A stretch of 61,246 nucleotides of DNA from Eubacteriales bacterium (GCA_045537015.1 JAZSOQ010000065.1:1-61246); one strand, 5' to 3'. Counted from the stretch's first letter, positions 19,329 through 29,473 are shown. The notes: generated from the letters alone by a model not told the origin. Numbers and translations are program-made.

Positions 19329-20441
19329 ATGCGGGTTCTTGTGACAGGCGGCGGTACGGGCGGACATGTAAATCCCGCGCTTGCAATCGCCAATACAATC
19401 AAAAAGAATATTCCCGATGCCGAAATCGCATTCGTCGGCACTGTGCGAGGACTTGAAAATCAGCTCGTTCCGAAAGCGGGATATAAGCTTTACCACGTTG
19501 ACGTGCGCGGCATTCGCCGTTCGCTCTCCTTATATAATATACGTTCTCTTTGGCTCGCGGCGGTTTCGCCCGTGAAGGCAAAGAAGATCATCAAGGAATT
19601 CAAGCCCGACCTGGTTGTCGGAACCGGCGGATACGTAAGCTGGCCGATACTTGTTGCGGCTTCAAGAATGAAGATCCCGACAGCGGTTCACGAATCCAAT
19701 GCGGTTCCCGGACTTGCGGTTCGCAAGCTTGTTCCTTATGTTGACCGCATATTCACCAATTTTGCCGTCAGCGCTGAGATGCTCGGCAAGAGCGGCAAGG
19801 TGATGCAGGTCGGATGCCCTATGCTTGGGGAATTCGGCAACATCAGCCGCGAGGATGCAAGAAGGCAGCTCGGAATTCCGCTTGATTCGAAATATATCGT
19901 TTCCTTCGGCGGCAGCCTTGGTGCGGCGGCGATGAACGATATGGCACTCGAACTTATGCGAGATTACGTCAGCGCAAATAAAAATGTAAGATACACCCAC
20001 GCAACGGGCGGCGATCATTTTGAATCTGTCAATGAGCGCTTCCTCGGCGAGGGTCTTGATAAATACGAAAACATTGAGCTGTTGCAGTACATTTACGATA
20101 TGCCCCTTCGTATGGCGGCGGCAGACATAATAATCAGCCGTGCGGGAGCTATCACGATCTCGGAGCTTGCGCGTCAGGGAAAGGCGGCAATACTTATCCC
20201 TTCGCCCAACGTAACCGACGATCAGCAAACAAAGAACGCAAAGGCTCTTGCCGACATCGGCGGTGCTTGCATGATCCGCGAGCCCGAGCTTGTAAACGGC
20301 AAGATCTGCAAAGAGGTCGCTTCGCTTCTTGAAGACAGAGCTAAAAGAGAAGCAATGGAAAAGGCTATCGCGGGATTCGCTCCCCTCGATTCCAATAAAC
20401 TGATATTTGATGAGCTGATGAGGCTCGCGGAAAAGAAATAA
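19329..20441 (+). CDS. murG: undecaprenyldiphospho-muramoylpentapeptide beta-N-acetylglucosaminyltransferase
   Basis: 370 aa (GGGTGGHVNPALA, HESN, SRAGAITISEL). Confidence 0.94.
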   Translation: MRVLVTGGGTGGHVNPALAIANTIKKNIPDAEIAFVGTVRGLENQLVPKAGYKLYHVDVRGIRRSLSLYNIRSLWLAAVSPVKAKKIIKEFKPDLVVGTGGYVSWPILVAASRMKIPTAVHESNAVPGLAVRKLVPYVDRIFTNFAVSAEMLGKSGKVMQVGCPMLGEFGNISREDARRQLGIPLDSKYIVSFGGSLGAAAMNDMALELMRDYVSANKNVRYTHATGGDHFESVNERFLGEGLDKYENIELLQYIYDMPLRMAAADIIISRAGAITISELARQGKAAILIPSPNVTDDQQTKNAKALADIGGACMIREPELVNGKICKEVASLLEDRAKREAMEKAIAGFAPLDSNKLIFDELMRLAEKK

Positions 20442-20478
20442 TTTGTAAGTAAAAAAGAGAGAAGGTGGCCCGCTTGGG

Positions 20479-21474
20479 ATGAATCTCATAAAACAGAATA
20501 AACCCGCGGCAAGACCTTCGGATCCGCAGGCGAACAACCCGAACGTTTCGACCTATGTAAAGAAGGAAGAAAAGGTTTACGTTCGCAGATACGCAATGTC
20601 GGAAAGCAGACGCCGTCGCTGGCTTGAGAATTTCAAAAAAGAACAGGCAGACAACATAATGTTTCCTTCAATGAAGCCTCTCAAAGCCGAAGAAGCTACG
20701 CTTGACGACAAAAGGGAAAAGGCAAAGATCTTAATGATCTGCCTTGGGATTGCCTTGATTCTTCTTCTCATCTGGCCGATGGCAAGATTTGCGGCATCGC
20801 ATCTTGTTGTTGAGGACGTCAGAATTGAGGGAAGCGAGGCATATAGCGGGGAAGAGATACTGGGTACCGCCGAGATCGAAATCGGTGACAGCTTGCCGAT
20901 ATTCAAGGTCAAGGCGATGGAGAATGCTATCCGGGCGTCGCTTCCTTATCTGAAGAGTTGCAAGATTGCTTTTGAACTGCCCGGCACGGTGATAATTACG
21001 CTGTCAGACGAAGTCCCCGCGTTTTGTGCCGAAATATTTGGTGAGTACTATGCGGTAAGCGCGGATCTCCGTGTGCTTGAAAGAGCGGACACAAGCGGAA
21101 GATTTGCTGATCTGATAAATATTGAACTACCTCTTGTATCACGCGCAATCGTTGGAGAAACGATAGTTTTCGCCGACGGGGATAATGGCGATCATATCAC
21201 CGAATTTCTCACCCTGCTTTCCGAATCGGAGCTCAAGGGACGTATTGATAAGGTATATTTCGACCAAAAATTCGACATTGTCGCCTGTGTTGACTCGGAA
21301 TTCCGCGTTATGTTCGGCTCGCCTTCTGAGATGAAGCTGAAGCTGGCAACCGTCGCAAAGATGATCGGTGATAATTCCGAAAAATGCGAAACGGGCGGAA
21401 TTGTAGATGTCAGAGTGGTGGATATCGCAGGCATTGTCATAAATGCCGACATCGACCCCACAGCAAGGGAATGA
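20479..21474 (+). CDS. ftsQ: cell division protein FtsQ/DivIB
   Basis: 331 aa with a basic N-terminus, one TM, then a POTRA-like segment (VEDVRIEGSEAYSGEEIL). It sits just before ftsZ. Confidence 0.75.
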   Translation: MNLIKQNKPAARPSDPQANNPNVSTYVKKEEKVYVRRYAMSESRRRRWLENFKKEQADNIMFPSMKPLKAEEATLDDKREKAKILMICLGIALILLLIWPMARFAASHLVVEDVRIEGSEAYSGEEILGTAEIEIGDSLPIFKVKAMENAIRASLPYLKSCKIAFELPGTVIITLSDEVPAFCAEIFGEYYAVSADLRVLERADTSGRFADLINIELPLVSRAIVGETIVFADGDNGDHITEFLTLLSESELKGRIDKVYFDQKFDIVACVDSEFRVMFGSPSEMKLKLATVAKMIGDNSEKCETGGIVDVRVVDIAGIVINADIDPTARE

Positions 21475-21596
21475 TTTCCCGTATCGGCAGAAATTACAAA
21501 ACAGAATTTTCCTGAATCTACTTGAAATTTGGGAGAAAAAATTATATCATAATAATGTAAATAATAACTTTACCTATAAAATCGGAGGAATTGAAA

Positions 21597-22883
21597 ATGG
21601 CATACGATTACGAACACGAGAATTTTAACACGAACGACGATATCCTTGAAAGCGGCGTCAGCATCAAGGTCGTCGGCGTTGGCGGCGGCGGTAACAATGC
21701 GGTCAACAGAATGATCGACACAAATATCAGAGGCGTTGAGTTTATTGCGGTCAACACTGACCGTCAGGCTCTCCGCAATTCGGTATCTCCCACACTTATC
21801 CCCATCGGTGAGAAGATCACCAAGGGTCACGGCGCAGGCGCGAATCCCGAGATCGGTCAGCGCGCGGCAGAGGAGAATGCTGAGGAGATCCGCGCAGCTC
21901 TCGCAGGCGCAGATATGGTATTCATTGCAACAGGTATGGGTGGCGGAACAGGTACCGGCGCGGCTCCCGTTGTTGCAAGAATCGCACACGAAATGGATAT
22001 TCTCACGGTTGCGATCGTAACCAAGCCCTTCCTCTTTGAGGGACGCCGCCGTATGCTTCAGGCGGAAAAGGGTATCGAGGAGCTCCGCAACTACGTTGAC
22101 TCCCTCGTTATTATCCCCAACGAAAGACTCAAGCAGGTTTCCGAGACCCGTATCACCCTCAAGAATGCTTTCGAGATCGCAGACGACGTTCTCCGCCGCG
22201 GTGTTCAGAGCATTTCCGAGCTCATTAACGTTCCCGGATTCATCAACCTTGACTTTGCCGACGTTACAAGCGTAATGCGCGATGCAGGCTACGCTCATAT
22301 GGGTACAGGCTCTGCAACCGGTAAGGACAAGGCTGAGATCGCAGCAAAGGCAGCTATTTCCAGCCCGCTTCTCGAAACCTCCATCAAGGGTGCAACCGGT
22401 ATTCTTGTAAGCATTACCATGTCGCCCGACGTAGGACTCGAAGATGCAGACCTCGCATCCACTATGATCACCGCAGAGGCACATCCCGATGCGAACGTAA
22501 TCTGGGGAGCTGCATTCGATCCCGATCTTGAGGACGAGATGAAGATCACCATTATCGCAACCGGTTTCGAGAATCCCGGTCATGATGACCACAAGGCTCC
22601 CGCGCGTCCCGCACAGCCCGCACGTCCCGCTCCCGCGCAGAGACCCGCGCCTCAGCCCGCTCCCGCACCTCAGGCGGCACCCCAGCCCGCACCCGCTCCC
22701 GTTGCTCCCGTAGCTGAAGCTCCCGCACCCGCTCCTCAGCCTGCGCCCGCACCCCAGCCCGCTCCTCAGCCGGCTCACCCACAGAGACAGGCACAGCAGA
22801 ATCCCGGCGATAGCTTTGACGATATTATGTCCATTCTTCGTCAGCGCAAGCCGAGAAACGATTTTGGCAACGGCAGAAGATAA
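21597..22883 (+). CDS. ftsZ: cell division protein FtsZ
   Basis: Contains [13 protein letters not shown] and [11 protein letters not shown], followed by a long P/A/Q-rich linker and a C-terminal peptide (DDIMSILR). ATG 21597 lies 7 nt after GGAGGA. ORF-track start 21591 is TTG. Confidence 0.95.
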   Translation: MAYDYEHENFNTNDDILESGVSIKVVGVGGGGNNAVNRMIDTNIRGVEFIAVNTDRQALRNSVSPTLIPIGEKITKGHGAGANPEIGQRAAEENAEEIRAALAGADMVFIATGMGGGTGTGAAPVVARIAHEMDILTVAIVTKPFLFEGRRRMLQAEKGIEELRNYVDSLVIIPNERLKQVSETRITLKNAFEIADDVLRRGVQSISELINVPGFINLDFADVTSVMRDAGYAHMGTGSATGKDKAEIAAKAAISSPLLETSIKGATGILVSITMSPDVGLEDADLASTMITAEAHPDANVIWGAAFDPDLEDEMKITIIATGFENPGHDDHKAPARPAQPARPAPAQRPAPQPAPAPQAAPQPAPAPVAPVAEAPAPAPQPAPAPQPAPQPAHPQRQAQQNPGDSFDDIMSILRQRKPRNDFGNGRR

Positions 22884-22901
22884 TCCCGCGGAGGCAATAA
22901 A

Positions 22902-23801
22902 ATGACACTTTCCGAATTCAGAGCTCTTCTTTCGAGCGATCAGATCATCGATATAATTCTTGACACAGATACCTATAATGAAATAGACGATCAGTATGCG
23001 CTTGCATACGCAATGCTCTCAAAAAAGAAGATCAATCTTCTTTCGGTAAATGCAGCTCCCTTCCACAACAGCCGCTCGTCAAGCGCTGAGGAGGGAATGG
23101 AGAAAAGTTACAATGAAATCTTTAATATCATGAAGCTCACAGATGCGGAGATGGCAGAGCAGGTGCCGGTATACCGCGGAAGCAGACGCTTTATGACTTC
23201 GAAGACCGATATTGTCGAGTCGGATGCTTGCGACAATATTATCAATACGGTAATGTCGCGCGAAACACCCGTCGTCATCGTGGCAATCGGTGCCATCACC
23301 AACGTAGCGTCAGCGTTGGCAAAGGAACCCGAGATTGCCAAGAGAAGCGCGGTCATCTGGCTCGGCGGACACGCCCTCGAGCGCCCCGACACCAAGGAAT
23401 TCAATTTGCGTCAGGATATTCCGGGTGCACAGGTACTCTTCGACTCGCGCATCCCCTTCCTTCAGATCCCGTGTGACGGAGTTTGTTCCTCCTTCATCAC
23501 CACCCCCGCTGAGCTTGATTATTACCTCAAGGGTAAGAATGAGCTTTGCAATTACCTTTGTTCGATCACAGGTGATTACATAAGCTGGGGTTACGGAAGA
23601 TCAAAGGTCGTATGGGATGTGACCGCTATCGGATGCATGACTCTTCCCTCGTCGATGGAGATCGTCGAGATCCCGCGTCCTTACGTAACGAGCGATTGCC
23701 GTTATGCATTCGACAGCGCGCGCCATCACTACCTCTATGTCAGAAAGATCCGCCGAGACCCCCTATATGCGGACCTATTCAAGACACTGAGCGAAAAGTA
23801 A
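22902..23801 (+). CDS. nucleoside hydrolase (IUNH family)
   Basis: 299 aa. The N-terminal Asp cluster ILDTDTYNEIDDQYALAY matches the DxDxxxDD calcium/ribose site. Confidence 0.75.
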   Translation: MTLSEFRALLSSDQIIDIILDTDTYNEIDDQYALAYAMLSKKKINLLSVNAAPFHNSRSSSAEEGMEKSYNEIFNIMKLTDAEMAEQVPVYRGSRRFMTSKTDIVESDACDNIINTVMSRETPVVIVAIGAITNVASALAKEPEIAKRSAVIWLGGHALERPDTKEFNLRQDIPGAQVLFDSRIPFLQIPCDGVCSSFITTPAELDYYLKGKNELCNYLCSITGDYISWGYGRSKVVWDVTAIGCMTLPSSMEIVEIPRPYVTSDCRYAFDSARHHYLYVRKIRRDPLYADLFKTLSEK

Positions 23802-23803
23802 TC

Positions 23804-23842
23804 AAAAAAACGGCACTTTTTCAAAAAAAGTGCCGTTTTTTT
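23804..23842 (+). terminator. rho-independent terminator
   Basis: CGGCAC (23811-23816) pairs with GTGCCG (23830-23835), followed by T7. Confidence 0.75.
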
Positions 23843-23843
23843 A

Positions 23844-23872
23844 TTGCAGAAAAGATGAAAAAATGGTATAAT
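23844..23872 (+). promoter_or_regulatory. extended -10 sigma-A promoter
   Basis: TTGCAG (23844-23849), a 17-bp spacer, then TGgTATAAT (TATAAT at 23867-23872). Confidence 0.55.
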
Positions 23873-23911
23873 ATATTTGATTAATCTTTTCCCGCAACGG
23901 AGGGCTTATTT

Positions 23912-26900
23912 ATGATAAAGAAGTTTAACGGCGGATGCCCGACAGTTTTACACGCATCGCCCGAGTTCGCTATAAAGGGAGAACCCTTCAGCGTTTCTGC
24001 CGCTTGCCGTGCCTACGGTGAAAATGCACCCGAAAGGCTCGTAATGCACATCGAGGGTGAAAAGGATTACTATCTGCTTCCTTCGGACAGATACGAACGC
24101 CTCGGAATTGCATATATGATCTACCGTGCCGATATTCCCGCATCTGCGATAAATGGTGACCGCCTTGTTTACCGCATTGATGCAGAGGGTGAGCACAACG
24201 CCAAGCTGCCCCCATATATTTGCAAGCTGCTCGAAAAGCAGGATATGCCACAGCTCTCTCCTATTACCATAACCGAGATCTTCGGCAGACCAAAGGGAAA
24301 GGAGTTCTGCACTTATGTTGAACTTTTCAATCCCACCGATAAGGACGTTGATCTTTATGATTATGACGTTTTGGTCTACTCACCCACAAAAGAACCTTTG
24401 GGTACGCCCAAGGGTAGAATCCCTCTTTCAAGAGAGGCGGGAGTCAATATTCTCGGTGCAGGCGAAACCGCAGCTTACTGGCCGATTACGCTCAGAAACT
24501 ATGCGCCCGAGATAAATTGTCTTACCAAAGAGGATTTTATCGCGCAGATCAATTCTGCTTATCTTTATACGAAAGAACCTATTGACGAGTCAAAGGTGAA
24601 CGTTATTCCCGTTGACCTTACCGAAATAGACCCCGAAAGCGGCGCGCGCAAGAATATTGATGGCATTTGCACCTTGCCGAGTGCCCACGACGCAACAACT
24701 CTGTTGGTCGTTCCGCGCGATGGTGATGCGGAAAGTGCCGTGTTCACTCTCCTTTACAGCAACTGCTATGCCGAATGGGATACGCCCGTGCTTCGTTCGT
24801 CTTATTGGAGCTTTGATCCTATGAATCCTCGCCGTGCGATCAATTTGACACACGCCGAGCTTTCGACGCCCGGTTACCCCGCATATATGCAGACGGGTAA
24901 ATATGATCTCACCGCGCCTCTGCCCACGATCCTGCCCATTTCTCCGATAAAGGAAGCATATCACGGCGATTACTGCGGTACTGTTGAGTTTGTTGTTCTT
25001 CCCGCTGACAACGATTGCGAGATCGGCAAAACGACCGTCACCGTAACTCTTCCAAGCGGCGAAAAGGCAGAATATGAAGCTCGAGAGGAACATGACGGCG
25101 TTTACCGCGCACGAATTCCCGAGGAAGTCTTCGAGGAATTCTTTGAGCTTGAATATATGATCAGCGCGTCCGATGGTGCAAGAAGCGTTTGCCTCGGCAA
25201 CGTGCTTCCCATCCGTGTCCCCGTGTATGACAACCGCGGTCCCCGAATCACCTCGATGGTACCCACCCGCGGATATGCCTATGACGGAACAAAGCCGATC
25301 GTTATCAAGGCTTCTTATACCGATGTTTCGGGTATCCGCATCAAGGATTGCTATCTGAAGCTTGACGGCAAGGATGTTACAAACGATGCAACTATAACTG
25401 CCACCTCTCTTGTTTACGAGCCTAAAAAGCCGCTTGAATTTGGCGATCACACTCTGACTATCCGTCTCAAGGACGGTCTTGGCAATCGCACGACAAGAAC
25501 GGTTGAGTTCAGTGTTTCGGATATGAGTGAGCTTTCCGCCTACTTCGGCGAGATCCACGCGCATACCGGTGAATCGGACGGAAACGGACTTTGCCGAGAC
25601 GCGATAGAATTTGCATATGACAATGGTGCCGATTTCTTTTCTGTTACCGAGCACTCGCATTATTTTACTCAGGATATATACGACGAGCAGAAGCGTATTG
25701 CAAAATCGCTCGACCGTCCCGGCAGATTTGCCGCGCTTTACGGTTGGGAGATGACCTGGAACAACACATGTGGTTATTGGGGACACATGAACGTTATCGG
25801 AAGCGAGAAGGTCGTTTCGGATATTCACGGTGTCGGTATGCCCGCGCTCTTCAAATGGCTTGAAAGTGAGCCGAATGCTGTCGGTATGTTCAATCATCCC
25901 GGTCAGGGGTGGGGTGATTTTGAAGATTACGGCTTCTGGACTCCCGAGGCTGACAGACAGATGGCTCTTGCCGAGATCAAGGGCAGGGGATATGACCAGC
26001 AATATGCACTCCTGCTTTCTCGAGGATGGCACGTTGCACCCTCCTTCAACGAGGATAACCACGCGCCCAACTGGACGGTAGGTTCGCCCTATATCACGGG
26101 AGTTCTCGCCCCTGCACTCACCCGCGAAAACGTGATGGAGGCATTCCGCGCCCGCCGTGTTTATTCTTGTGCAGACCCCACAATGAAGATCTTCTACAAG
26201 ATCAACGGCGAGTGGATGGGTTCAAGACTTAATGACCCCAGCGCACTCAATGTTTCCGTAAAGGTAACAACAGAGAATGAAAACGGTATCGGCCGCATCG
26301 AGATCATCGGCGAGGACAATATTCTCGTCGCGTACAAGGCTGTCGGCGCGCGTCAGAGCTACGAATGGAACGTAACTCTTCCCGTTGAGTTCGATTATTA
26401 CTATATCCGCATTCAGAACGGAGCGCAGTATTCGGTCACCGCGCCTATTTGGATCGAGAACAGACAGGAGCCGAAGGTCCTTTCTATGGTTCATTCCGCT
26501 TCTTATGATCCCCGCGAAAGCTCGGCTGTTACTCTCAAGGTTGAAAACCCGACCGAAAAGACTATGGATGAGGTCAGAGTCGACTTCTATCTGACCGGAA
26601 TTGAAGGATTTTCGCTCCGCGATGCCGTTCCTTATGCAAAGGTCTGCATTGGTAAGCTCAAGCCCGGCAGACACGTAAGTGTTACTCGCCAGCTTCCCGA
26701 ACTTTCGAAGAACCGCCGCGTAACCGCGATTATCTCCGCAGTTTCGGATAAGAAGGTTCGCAAGTCTACGGCATATATCCTGCTTTCGCCCATCAGCATC
26801 ACCGAGGTGCTTTGCGCTTCTGGCGCTATCGAGCGCGATGGCGAGACTATCGAAAATCCCTTCCCCTACGTTACCCTTTGCAACAATTCAGGCAACGATA

Positions 26901-27538
26901 TTACTCTCAAGGATTCGAAGCTTGCTCTTTGGACCACCACGGGTAAGCCTCCTAAGGAAGAAAACATCTGGATCGCGGACGGCGTGAAGCTTCCCGCAAG
27001 AGGTGCGGTCGTGATCTGGTATCGCAAGCCCGAAAATGAGGCTTTGGCTGTCGAAGACTTCAACCGCAGATTCGGTACATCCCTTATTGAGGGTGAAAGT
27101 ATCTTCATTTGCGACAAGCCGATCACCTCGAGATCGACTGCGGGCAGAAGACTCGATCTTATTGTCGGCGGCGAGGTCATTTCACGCGTTTCCTGGAATA
27201 TGGGTGAGCGTCACGGTCAGGATGCCGAGATCGGCGAGACGTATAAGTATCGCTTCGATTGCGATATGTCGCCGCTTGGAATATTCTGCGGCAAGGGCAA
27301 TCCCGCACCCGGAAGCGTGGATTATAAGCAGCTTGGTGCACGTCTGGTCGTCGAACCTACCTACAAGGAGACCAAAAGCGCAAAGAAGCAGTCGAAGAAG
27401 GATGCAAAGCGCGCAAAGCATAAGGCGCAGATCAAGTATACAAAGGCTGAAGCAGGCGCGATCGCTGCCGGAAGCGCAGCTCTTGCAGCATTTGCCGCAG
27501 CGGCTATCACCAAGGCATTGTCAAAGAAAAATAAATGA
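23912..27538 (+). CDS. large multidomain protein: lamin-tail (LTD) / Ig-like / PHP metallohydrolase / LTD, with a C-terminal hydrophobic anchor
   Basis: 1208 aa. LTD-like segments are ITEIFGRPKGKEFCTYVELFNPTDKDVDLYDY and ISITEVLCAS...YVTLCNNSGNDITL. The PHP/CehA-like core is YFGEIHAHTGESDGNG...FFSVTEHSH...FNHPG. The tail is Lys-rich plus AIAAGSAALAAFAAAAITKAL-SKKNK. No N-terminal signal peptide is visible. Confidence 0.6.
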   Translation: MIKKFNGGCPTVLHASPEFAIKGEPFSVSAACRAYGENAPERLVMHIEGEKDYYLLPSDRYERLGIAYMIYRADIPASAINGDRLVYRIDAEGEHNAKLPPYICKLLEKQDMPQLSPITITEIFGRPKGKEFCTYVELFNPTDKDVDLYDYDVLVYSPTKEPLGTPKGRIPLSREAGVNILGAGETAAYWPITLRNYAPEINCLTKEDFIAQINSAYLYTKEPIDESKVNVIPVDLTEIDPESGARKNIDGICTLPSAHDATTLLVVPRDGDAESAVFTLLYSNCYAEWDTPVLRSSYWSFDPMNPRRAINLTHAELSTPGYPAYMQTGKYDLTAPLPTILPISPIKEAYHGDYCGTVEFVVLPADNDCEIGKTTVTVTLPSGEKAEYEAREEHDGVYRARIPEEVFEEFFELEYMISASDGARSVCLGNVLPIRVPVYDNRGPRITSMVPTRGYAYDGTKPIVIKASYTDVSGIRIKDCYLKLDGKDVTNDATITATSLVYEPKKPLEFGDHTLTIRLKDGLGNRTTRTVEFSVSDMSELSAYFGEIHAHTGESDGNGLCRDAIEFAYDNGADFFSVTEHSHYFTQDIYDEQKRIAKSLDRPGRFAALYGWEMTWNNTCGYWGHMNVIGSEKVVSDIHGVGMPALFKWLESEPNAVGMFNHPGQGWGDFEDYGFWTPEADRQMALAEIKGRGYDQQYALLLSRGWHVAPSFNEDNHAPNWTVGSPYITGVLAPALTRENVMEAFRARRVYSCADPTMKIFYKINGEWMGSRLNDPSALNVSVKVTTENENGIGRIEIIGEDNILVAYKAVGARQSYEWNVTLPVEFDYYYIRIQNGAQYSVTAPIWIENRQEPKVLSMVHSASYDPRESSAVTLKVENPTEKTMDEVRVDFYLTGIEGFSLRDAVPYAKVCIGKLKPGRHVSVTRQLPELSKNRRVTAIISAVSDKKVRKSTAYILLSPISITEVLCASGAIERDGETIENPFPYVTLCNNSGNDITLKDSKLALWTTTGKPPKEENIWIADGVKLPARGAVVIWYRKPENEALAVEDFNRRFGTSLIEGESIFICDKPITSRSTAGRRLDLIVGGEVISRVSWNMGERHGQDAEIGETYKYRFDCDMSPLGIFCGKGNPAPGSVDYKQLGARLVVEPTYKETKSAKKQSKKDAKRAKHKAQIKYTKAEAGAIAAGSAALAAFAAAAITKALSKKNK

Positions 27539-28434
27539 TGAAATATCCTATAATTTTATCACCTATTGCCAAAACTCGCGTTTGGGGCGGAGAGCGACTC
27601 TCCGCTCTCGGCGCAGAGCCTCCAATCGGCGAGCATTGGGTGCTTTCCGTGCGCGAGGATGATAATAATAAGATCGTAAACGGCGAGTTTGCGGGGAAGA
27701 GCATAGATGATGTTCTGCAAGAGCATCCCGAATTCCTTGGTACCGATTGTGCGAAGGACAAGTTTCCGTTACTTATCAAATTCATTGATTCCAAAGAATC
27801 GCTTTCAATACAGGTGCATCCCGATGATATTTCCGCAGTTGAACTTGCAGAGGAATGCGGAAAGACCGAAATGTGGTACATCATCGACGCCGAGCCCGAA
27901 TCGTATATTTATTTCGGAATCAAAGACGATTACTCCGAGGATGAGGTGAAAGAGGCTATTCTTTCGGGAAAAGATCCTACTCCTTATCTAAACAAGGTAT
28001 CCGTTAAATCGGGGGATTGCTATTTTATCGCGGGCGGAACACCTCACGCCATCGGCGGTGGTAACTACATCTGCGAAATACAGCAAAATTGCGATACGAC
28101 CTACCGAATCTATGATTACGGCAGACCGCGTGAGCTCCACTTGAAACAAGCGGCGGTGTCGATCAAGAAAAATGCGATAGGATATACAAATAAGGGAAAT
28201 CTCCTTGCCAAGTGCGAGTATTTTACTTCCGAGCTTGTAACGGTAGACTGTGAAACGCTTATTGAGGCAATGCCCGAAAAGTTTATTTCTTTGACGATTG
28301 TAAAAGGCAACGGATGCATAATTGCAGGCGATGACGAATATACTGTCGGCGAAAGAGATTCCGTTTTTATCCCCGCGGGAGAAGAGAAGTATCTTCTTCG
28401 CGGAAACATAGAGTTTATCAAAACTACAATATAA
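27535..28434 (+). CDS. manA: mannose-6-phosphate isomerase, class I
   Basis: 299 aa cupin (RVWGGERL, QVHPDD, KTEMWYI, GTPHAIG). ATGA overlap with the upstream stop. Confidence 0.82.
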   Translation: MMKYPIILSPIAKTRVWGGERLSALGAEPPIGEHWVLSVREDDNNKIVNGEFAGKSIDDVLQEHPEFLGTDCAKDKFPLLIKFIDSKESLSIQVHPDDISAVELAEECGKTEMWYIIDAEPESYIYFGIKDDYSEDEVKEAILSGKDPTPYLNKVSVKSGDCYFIAGGTPHAIGGGNYICEIQQNCDTTYRIYDYGRPRELHLKQAAVSIKKNAIGYTNKGNLLAKCEYFTSELVTVDCETLIEAMPEKFISLTIVKGNGCIIAGDDEYTVGERDSVFIPAGEEKYLLRGNIEFIKTTI

Positions 28435-28435
28435 A

Positions 28436-28470
28436 ACAAAAAACCGATGCGTTTCCGCATCGGTTTTTTG
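28436..28470. terminator. bidirectional terminator shared by manA (+) and rplL (-)
   Basis: An 11-bp stem, AAACCGATGCG (28441-28451) with CGCATCGGTTT (28456-28466), has a UUUC loop and is flanked by an A-run and a T-run. Confidence 0.8.
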
Positions 28471-28514
28471 CACAGCAAGGATTTTCGGATGTGCAAATTT
28501 TATGTTGGATTAAA

Positions 28515-28898
28515 TTACTTAATCTCAACGGTAGCGCCAGCCTCGGTAAGAGCAGCCTTGATGGACTCAGCTTCTTCCTTAGCAACGCCTTCCTTAAGGG
28601 TCTTGGGAGCACCCTCAACGAGCTCCTTAGCTTCCTTAAGTCCGAGACCGGTGATCTCACGAACTGCCTTGATAACGCCAAGCTTGTTAGCGCCGAAGGA
28701 TGCGAGAACTACGTCGAACTCGGTCTTCTCTTCTGCAGCAGCGGGAGCAGCAGCGCCTGCGCCTGCAGCAGCACCTGCGGAAACGTTAGCAGCGGATACG
28801 CCGAACTCTTCCTCACATGCAGATACGAGCTCGGAGAGCTCAAGAACGGTAAGTGCCTTGATGGAATCAAGGATAGCGATAATCTTTTCGTTTGCCAT
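28515..28898 (-). CDS. rplL: 50S ribosomal protein L7/L12 (bL12)
   Basis: 127 aa (LSELV...EEFGVSA, Ala-rich hinge, [11 protein letters not shown]). Confidence 0.97.
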   Translation of the reverse strand: MANEKIIAILDSIKALTVLELSELVSACEEEFGVSAANVSAGAAAGAGAAAPAAAEEKTEFDVVLASFGANKLGVIKAVREITGLGLKEAKELVEGAPKTLKEGVAKEEAESIKAALTEAGATVEIK

Positions 28899-28942
28899 TT
28901 TTAATGACCTCCTGGAATATTTAATGTTATGCCGCGAGAGCT

Positions 28943-29473
28943 TTATGCTTCTGCGGGAGCTTCTGCAGCCTCAGCGGGCTGCTCGTCCTTCTTGGCAACC
29001 TGGTCAAGAACATAGACGAATTTGGTAAGGGGAGACTGGATGCAAGCGAGCAACTGTGCAATGAGAGTTTCCTTCGAAGGAATGGTAGCAAGTCTTTCAA
29101 CTGCTGCGGCGTCGATAACTTCGCCGTCACAGTAACCTGCAAGGAGAGTGAAGGACTCAATCTTGTCAGCATACTGCTTGAGGATCTTAGCGGGAGCTAC
29201 TGCATCTTCGGGGCTGACTGCGATAGCGGTCATACCGGAGAGATACTGCTTGATATCACCGTAGCCGCACTCTTCGCATGCTCTGCCGGTGAGGGTATTC
29301 TTAACTACCTGGTAGGAAACGCCTGCTTCGCGGAGTTCCTTACGGAGTTTGGTATCGTCCTCAACGGTGATTCCCTGGTAGTTAACAACTACACCGGAAA
29401 CCGAGTTGCGAATCTTCTCGGAAAGCTCGGAGACAACCTGCTGCTTCTGCTCAAGTATAGCTTTGCTGGGCAT
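28943..29473 (-). CDS. rplJ: 50S ribosomal protein L10 (uL10)
   Basis: 176 aa ([24 protein letters not shown]). It lies upstream of rplL. Confidence 0.95.
   Translation of the reverse strand: MPSKAILEQKQQVVSELSEKIRNSVSGVVVNYQGITVEDDTKLRKELREAGVSYQVVKNTLTGRACEECGYGDIKQYLSGMTAIAVSPEDAVAPAKILKQYADKIESFTLLAGYCDGEVIDAAAVERLATIPSKETLIAQLLACIQSPLTKFVYVLDQVAKKDEQPAEAAEAPAEA

Noticed and set aside
21570-22778. 402-aa ORF antisense to ftsZ (Gly/Cys/Arg-rich)
   Set aside because: It lies entirely within the unmistakable ftsZ gene. Its low-complexity translation mirrors the P/A/Q linker and GC-rich codons, and it has no RBS or motif.
24590-26062. 490-aa ORF antisense to the LTD-PHP gene
   Set aside because: The sense strand carries clear PHP and LTD motifs and an RBS. 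The antisense product has no recognisable features.
28447-29028. 193-aa plus-strand ORF across rplL/rplJ
   Set aside because: It lies opposite the unmistakable L7/L12 and L10 genes, and its Ala/Ser-rich product mirrors the L12 hinge.
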